Below, in pieces: positions 56,517 to 64,000 of a stretch of DNA of 64,000 bases. The first letter of the stretch is position 1, and each line of letters starts with the position of its first letter. The translations under genes and the position numbers were made by a program. The stretch lies in NCBI RefSeq assembly GCF_009914755.1, contig NC_060933.1; one strand, 5' to 3'. This DNA comes from the human T2T-CHM13v2.0 reference genome, Homo sapiens. The notes under the pieces are model-generated. The model was not told where the DNA came from, did no database searches, and saw only the letters and a list, made by a program, of their open reading frames with translations.

Positions 56517-58110
56517 CTAGAGGGGTGGAGAAGTTAGGGGGACTGTGGCTCATCCTGGCTCCATTCTACGCTCTTGATCACAGTCCCAGAAAAGCAAACT
56601 TTGGCTCCTATACAGTAAGGTGAGCTTAGAGGGCAAGCCTAAAGCCCTGGGAAATTCATTTCTGCTTTTAATAATCTACTTAATAATACTGCACATCCAT
56701 CATTGTATCTGATTATATCAACCTGAAGTTCAGAGAGACTCAGTCACCCATTAGGTGGAAAAGGCTTAGAGAAAGGGAATGAGACGCCCTGCCAGTGATC
56801 TCTTTCATGTGTCTGAGGCTCAACAAACTCTCACAAAAGGGAAGTTTGTAGCTTGAATGAGCTCAGGGACTGGCCTTGGGTCACATGGAAAGCATTCCTG
56901 GATCTCATATATTTGCATATCTCCATAAACACATAGGGAGTGAAGCAGTCAAGCTGGATTTCCATACTCATGGGCCCTGGTATGAGACCTGCCCCAAATG
57001 GAGAGGGGGAAGTGTCCAAAAGAGACCACCCAGTCTTGCTCTGCTTCCAACACTGTGTTTCTCCTCTCCTTCCCCAATCTTGCCCATATGGGAAAATAGA
57101 AGAGCCTAAACAAACAGAAAAGCTCATTGGCTAAATAATGGTGGGGGAGACGAGAACATATTGACTGGAAACATTTTCAAATGCCTTATGTTCATAATCA
57201 GAGCTCACAGTGTGGCAGGAACTGAGAGACCATCATTCACCTTGTACAAAGTTCGCTTCAGGAGGTGCTGGTGTCTTTTAACTCAACAGGAATAGGAATT
57301 TCTGGAGTTATATAATGCCAAGCCCTACACTCCATGCCTAATGTCAGGACAATGAAAATGCATGAGTGGCTAGATGCCTGTTATGCATTCCTATCCAGGC
57401 TCTCATATGGGAGGAGAATTTAGCTAAGTGTTCCTGAAACAGGAGATGAGGCTGAAATTGGTGTGTGTTGAAAGAGGAGAAGTTGCCCAAGCTTATCAGG
57501 GGCTCCAGGGACTTGAAGAAAGGAATGTGGAGGAGATAGGCTTAAAAAGCATCAGTGTCCTGCATGGAAGTGCCTAATGTTACAGCAGGACTTCTGATGG
57601 GTACGCTGGAGTAGTTGCTGGAGGACAAAATAATCATCCTAGTTTTGAGGGCTACGAAAAAGAGGCTGGTGCCCACATTCGGTACAGAGACTGTAAAGTT
57701 ACTCACCTTTTAGTGGACCAAATGGCTTGCACTATGAATTCCCAGTAGCAACAATAATGGAACAAAGACCAGAAGATCCTTCCCAAGTATTTTACTGAGG
57801 CATATATTTTGCTAAAGAAAGTTTACTACCACAATGGTGTCTGGTATGAGGTGTATTCTCATCCTAGTAAATAGTAGAGACTGATAGAATTCAATTTTGA
57901 AAATTTATATGCTCTCTCACCTCAGCATTGTCAAACAAATTTATGCTTTTCTATTTATTGTATCATTTAATATTTACAACTCTTTGAGGTAGTAAGTGCC
58001 ATTTATCTTTTTTAAACAGAAGAGAAAATGAGTCACAGAGAGGTAAATATATATTTAGCAGGCTAGCATAGAAGGAGCCAGCAATGGAGAAGACATTTTT
58101 TATTATTTGA

Positions 58111-58456
<346 letters not shown>

Positions 58457-59437
58457 CTAATTCAACTGCTTTAAACAACAAAAGTGAAAATAAGTATTGA
58501 CTCTGTGAATGACAAATCTGGGATGAGGGCTGCATTTGGGACTCAAGGTTGTTGCAGAGGCTCAAATGATGTTCTCGGGGTTCAGTTTCCCTCTAACTTG
58601 GCTCTATTCTGTTGTATTTCTTCATCAGCAGGTTTCATAAATGGAAGCACATCTGCCAGCAAGCTCAGAGTGAGATTCTCTTAGATGCAAATGCAGCTGA
58701 AAATGCATTGCCTCTTTCACAAGAGTCCCTGCAAACATCTTATTGTTTCTGCTTGGCTCCAGGTGGGCCACATGCCCCTCACTAAAATAGTCACAGGGCA
58801 TGGAATATACTTCTTTTGACTGGACTGAGTCACATACTCACTACATGTTGACTGAGACTGAAGAATCAAGGTAGTTTCCCTGGAAATTATTTTTGTTTGG
58901 CAGGGATATAATTGGCCTTCACTGTATCTCAATGAGCTAAACTCTTCTTTGATGACTACAAAATTTTTACTTGATTTGAGTTCAAAATAGGCATAATGAC
59001 ATAAAAACAAAAGACTAGCAATCCACATTATCTCCTATCTGTCACCCAGTGGAAAACAGATCTCCGTAATCTATTAATCCATTTATACAGGTCACCGGAT
59101 GGTCAAGAGCATGAAACCAAATTCCCAATCATTGCTGCCGCCAATGGGGAATAACTTTTCATCTGTAAACAAACCAAAACATCAAAAACAAAACCCAAAA
59201 TTAATAGAAGGAGGATAATCTACATAAACAGAGACTGAGCAAAATTAAAGTTCTATTGTTGCTTGAGACTCACGTCTACAAGTCAAGAAAAGACATGCTG
59301 GGCTAAGCTGCCCACAAACCGCACTTCTCTGTCAATGAAGTTTACCTGGCTCGGTCAAGTGACTCCATCACTCACCTCCATGAATGAGTTCCAAAACTAT
59401 TTAAAAAACAAAAGATTATTTTTGAAAGAAGGTATAA

Positions 59438-59438
<1 letters not shown>

Positions 59439-59474
<36 letters not shown>

Positions 59475-59756
59475 CGGGGTCTCATTCCAGCCCAGGCTGA
59501 AGTAGTGCAATGGCATGATCAGGTCAGGGCTCACTGCAGCCTCGACCTTCTGGGTTCAAGTGATGCTCCCACCTCAGCCTCCCAAGACGCTGGGGCTACA
59601 TGTGTGCACCATCACACCTGGCTAATTTTTGTATTTTTTGTAGAGACTGGTTTTGCCATGTTGCTCAGGCTGGTCTGGAACTCCTGGACTGAAGCAATCC
59701 GCCCGCCTTGGCCTCCCAAAGTGGTGGGATTACAGGCATAAGCCACTGTGCCCAGC
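59439..59756 (-). mobile_element. AluJ
   Basis: Poly-T; gctcactgcagcctcgacc. Confidence 0.9.
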
Positions 59757-60180
59757 TGAAAATATATTTTTAAAACATAAATGTAAATTTATTATTTTAA
59801 AACATTTTGGCAAACAGGAAATGTCCTTAACTAGGAAAGAGTTATAGGCCAAAAATGCATGTTAAATACTCAATAGGGAATTTTAAAGATATCTTTCTTA
59901 GGACTTGGCTACAAGACAAAAATACACAGTTTAAGAAAAAAATTTCTTTTAAGAAAAATCCACTTGGAAATTTGACTGGAAGTTCATTACATTCGTGTAT
60001 TAATTTGGGGAGTAATCACAGTTTCATAATATGAAGTCAACCCAACCAAGAGTGTGGAAACTTCTGCATTTATTCAGGTTTGTTCCATGCCTTTTAGTAA
60101 AGTTTTACCTTTTTCCTCACAGAGGTATTATAAATTTTTATCAATTCTTAGATATTTTACTAATTTTGTTGCTACTATGA

Positions 60181-61752
<1,572 letters not shown>

Positions 61753-62119
61753 TTATAAGAGTTTTATTCCTTTTATACATTACCTATAAATTATAAGAGT
61801 TTTATTCCTTTTTTCTAAGTCATATATTCATTTTTTTCTGATCTATTAGGATTGGCCAGGACTTTGACCAGGGTATGGCCTTTTGGTTTTGGAGGGCAAT
61901 CTGGCCAATATCTTTAAAAATAATAATAATAGCTTTAGTGAGATATAATTTATATGCCACATATTCATTCATTGAAAGTGTACAATTCAATGGTTTATAG
62001 TATATTCACAGAGTTGTGCAAACATAACTACAATTAAAATGATTAATTTGATTACTTCAAAATTAAAAACTTCATTTCCCTGAAGAACACTATGGGCAAA
62101 GTTCAAAAACACTGATGGG

Positions 62120-62398
62120 GGTCGGGCTCCGTGCCTCACACTTGTAATCCCAGCACTTCGAGAGACCAAGGCAGGAGGCTTCCTTGAGGCCAGGAGTTCA
62201 AGACCATCCTGGGCAACATAGCAAGAGCTTACCTCTATAAAAACTTAAAAATTAGCCAAGCACGGTGGCATGTACCTGTCTTCCTAGCTAATCGGGAGGC
62301 TGAGGCAGGAGGATTGCTTAAGCCCAGGAGTTCAAGATTGCATTGAGCTATTATCACACCACTGCACTATAGTCTGGGAAACAGCAAGATCCTGACTC

Positions 62399-62429
<31 letters not shown>

Positions 62430-62914
62430 GATGGATCGAGAGATGTTTTCAATATCTAAAACCAAAAAGAGACATACATAGAAAACAAGTAATTCCTATA
62501 AATCCAAAAAAAGACAGGAAACACAATTGGGTAAAAAATATAACAAGCAAGCTACATATAATTAAGCACAAAAACGTTAAGAAATGTAAGAAGAAATAAT
62601 CAAACCCATTTGTGGTTAATCAAATGCAAAATAACCAAGCATGGTGGCTCACACCTATAATCCCAGCAGTTCGGTGAGCTGAGGTGGGAGGATTGTTTGA
62701 GGCCAGAAGTTCAAGACCAGCCTAGGAAACATGGCAAGACTCTGCCTCTACAAAAAATATTTTTTTAACTAGCTGGGTGTGGTGGCATGTGCTGTTGTCC
62801 CAGCTACTCGGGAGGCTGATGCAGGAAGATCATTTGAGCCAAGGAATGCAAGGTTAGAGCGAGCTATGATTGTGTCACTGCAGTCCAGCCTAGGTGAGAG
62901 AGTGAGACTCTGTC

Positions 62915-62947
<33 letters not shown>

Positions 62948-63270
62948 ATAGAAGAAAGAAAGATAAGGTGGCTCACGTCTGTAATCTCAGCACTTTGGGA
63001 GGCTGAGGCAGGCAGATCACCTGAACTCAGGAGTTTGAGACCAGCCTGGCCAACATGGTGAGACCCTGTCTTTACTAAAAATACAAAAATTAGCCAGATA
63101 TGGTGACGGGTGCCTGTAATCCCAGCTACACAGGAGGCTGAGACAGGAGAATAGCTTGAACCTAGGAGGCAGAGGTTGCAATGAGCCAAGGTCTTGCCAC
63201 TCCCCTCCAGTCTGGACGACAGAGCCAGACTCTGTCTCAAAAAAAAAAAAAAAAGAAAAGAGAAGAAAAA
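62120..63270 (+). mobile_element. Three same-orientation Alus (62120-62427 J, 62633-62946 J, 62967-63270 S) within old L1M sequence
   Basis: Three dimeric Alus with poly-A tails; the flanks resemble decayed L1M. Confidence 0.88.
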
Positions 63271-64000
63271 AGAAAGATAAAACAACAAAGAGACATCACT
63301 CTATGCTATCAGATTGTTAAAAATTTGAAGCCTGGACAATGTAAATGTTGGCAGTTATATGGGATATAAGGGCTTTTTGGAACTCCTGGTAGGAGCACGG
63401 ATTTGTGCAATCATTCTAGAGATATATCTGCCAATATGTTTTGAAAGTAAGTATACAGATTGCTAGCACATGGCATATATTCTCAGTCTCACACAAGTTC
63501 TTGAGGGAGCATGCACAAAGTTCATCACTGTGTCATTTATAGTAGAGAGTTGGGAGAAACCTAAATGTATATCATTAGGAAGAATGGATAAATGAAATGT
63601 TTTAGAATACTAGGCAGCAATCAGAAGTGATGAGCTGCATAAATATATGGCAACATGAATGATCTTGACAAGATCAATTCAAGATGATAATACATCAAGA
63701 ACTATCATTATAAGCACAATCTTAAGAAGTACATAGATCAATATAAAAACAAGTAGCTCAGATAGTTCCTTGCTTGCCTCCAGGGAAGGTAGTAGAGGTG
63801 ACAGTGTGACTGGTCCAGGGAACTGCTACTGGGGGTTATAATGCCTTTGGTAGTATTTGATTTTTTTAACCTTTATTAAAAATATTTATGAAGCATTTGT
63901 AAAGAAAATCATCCATAAGAGGGAAAAGTGTGTTTCCTGTGAGTCCTTGGCCAGCTCCCTTAGGGAATGATTTCTTCCTCCACTGAGCCCCAGGAAGACC

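Noticed and set aside
56870-56935. Possible remnant of the DNAJB5-like J-domain exon (FMEIC resembling FKEIA)
   Set aside because: Two short matches with wrong spacing, no HPD motif and no flanking similarity; indistinguishable from chance without alignment.

Overview
Primate (most likely human) genomic DNA, rich in Alu, L1, MIR, L2, MaLR LTR and hAT DNA-transposon relics. A CpG island at about 30.3-31.1 kb holds the promoter and first coding exon (MEEFLQRAKSKL, then GTAAGT) of PRUNE2/BMCC1 on the minus strand, recognised from memory of the protein N-terminus (human 9q21.2). Positions 1-30375 are therefore intron 1, with exon 2 beyond the left edge, and 31-64 kb is upstream intergenic DNA. 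The main non-obvious feature is a decayed, intron-retaining DNAJB5-like (class B Hsp40) pseudogene on the minus strand at about 55.4-56.5 kb, which the ORF track misses. It keeps two splice acceptors at the family's intron positions and its last exon is cut by an MLT1 LTR fragment. The PRUNE2 promoter has a perfect CArG box, an RE1 half-site, a TGACGTGG element, CCAAT/GC boxes and a G4 motif. Intron 1 has a dense E-box cluster. Several small template-switch scars are visible inside repeats. Almost all listed ORFs are repeat-derived or chance. Repeat family names and boundaries are by eye and approximate.
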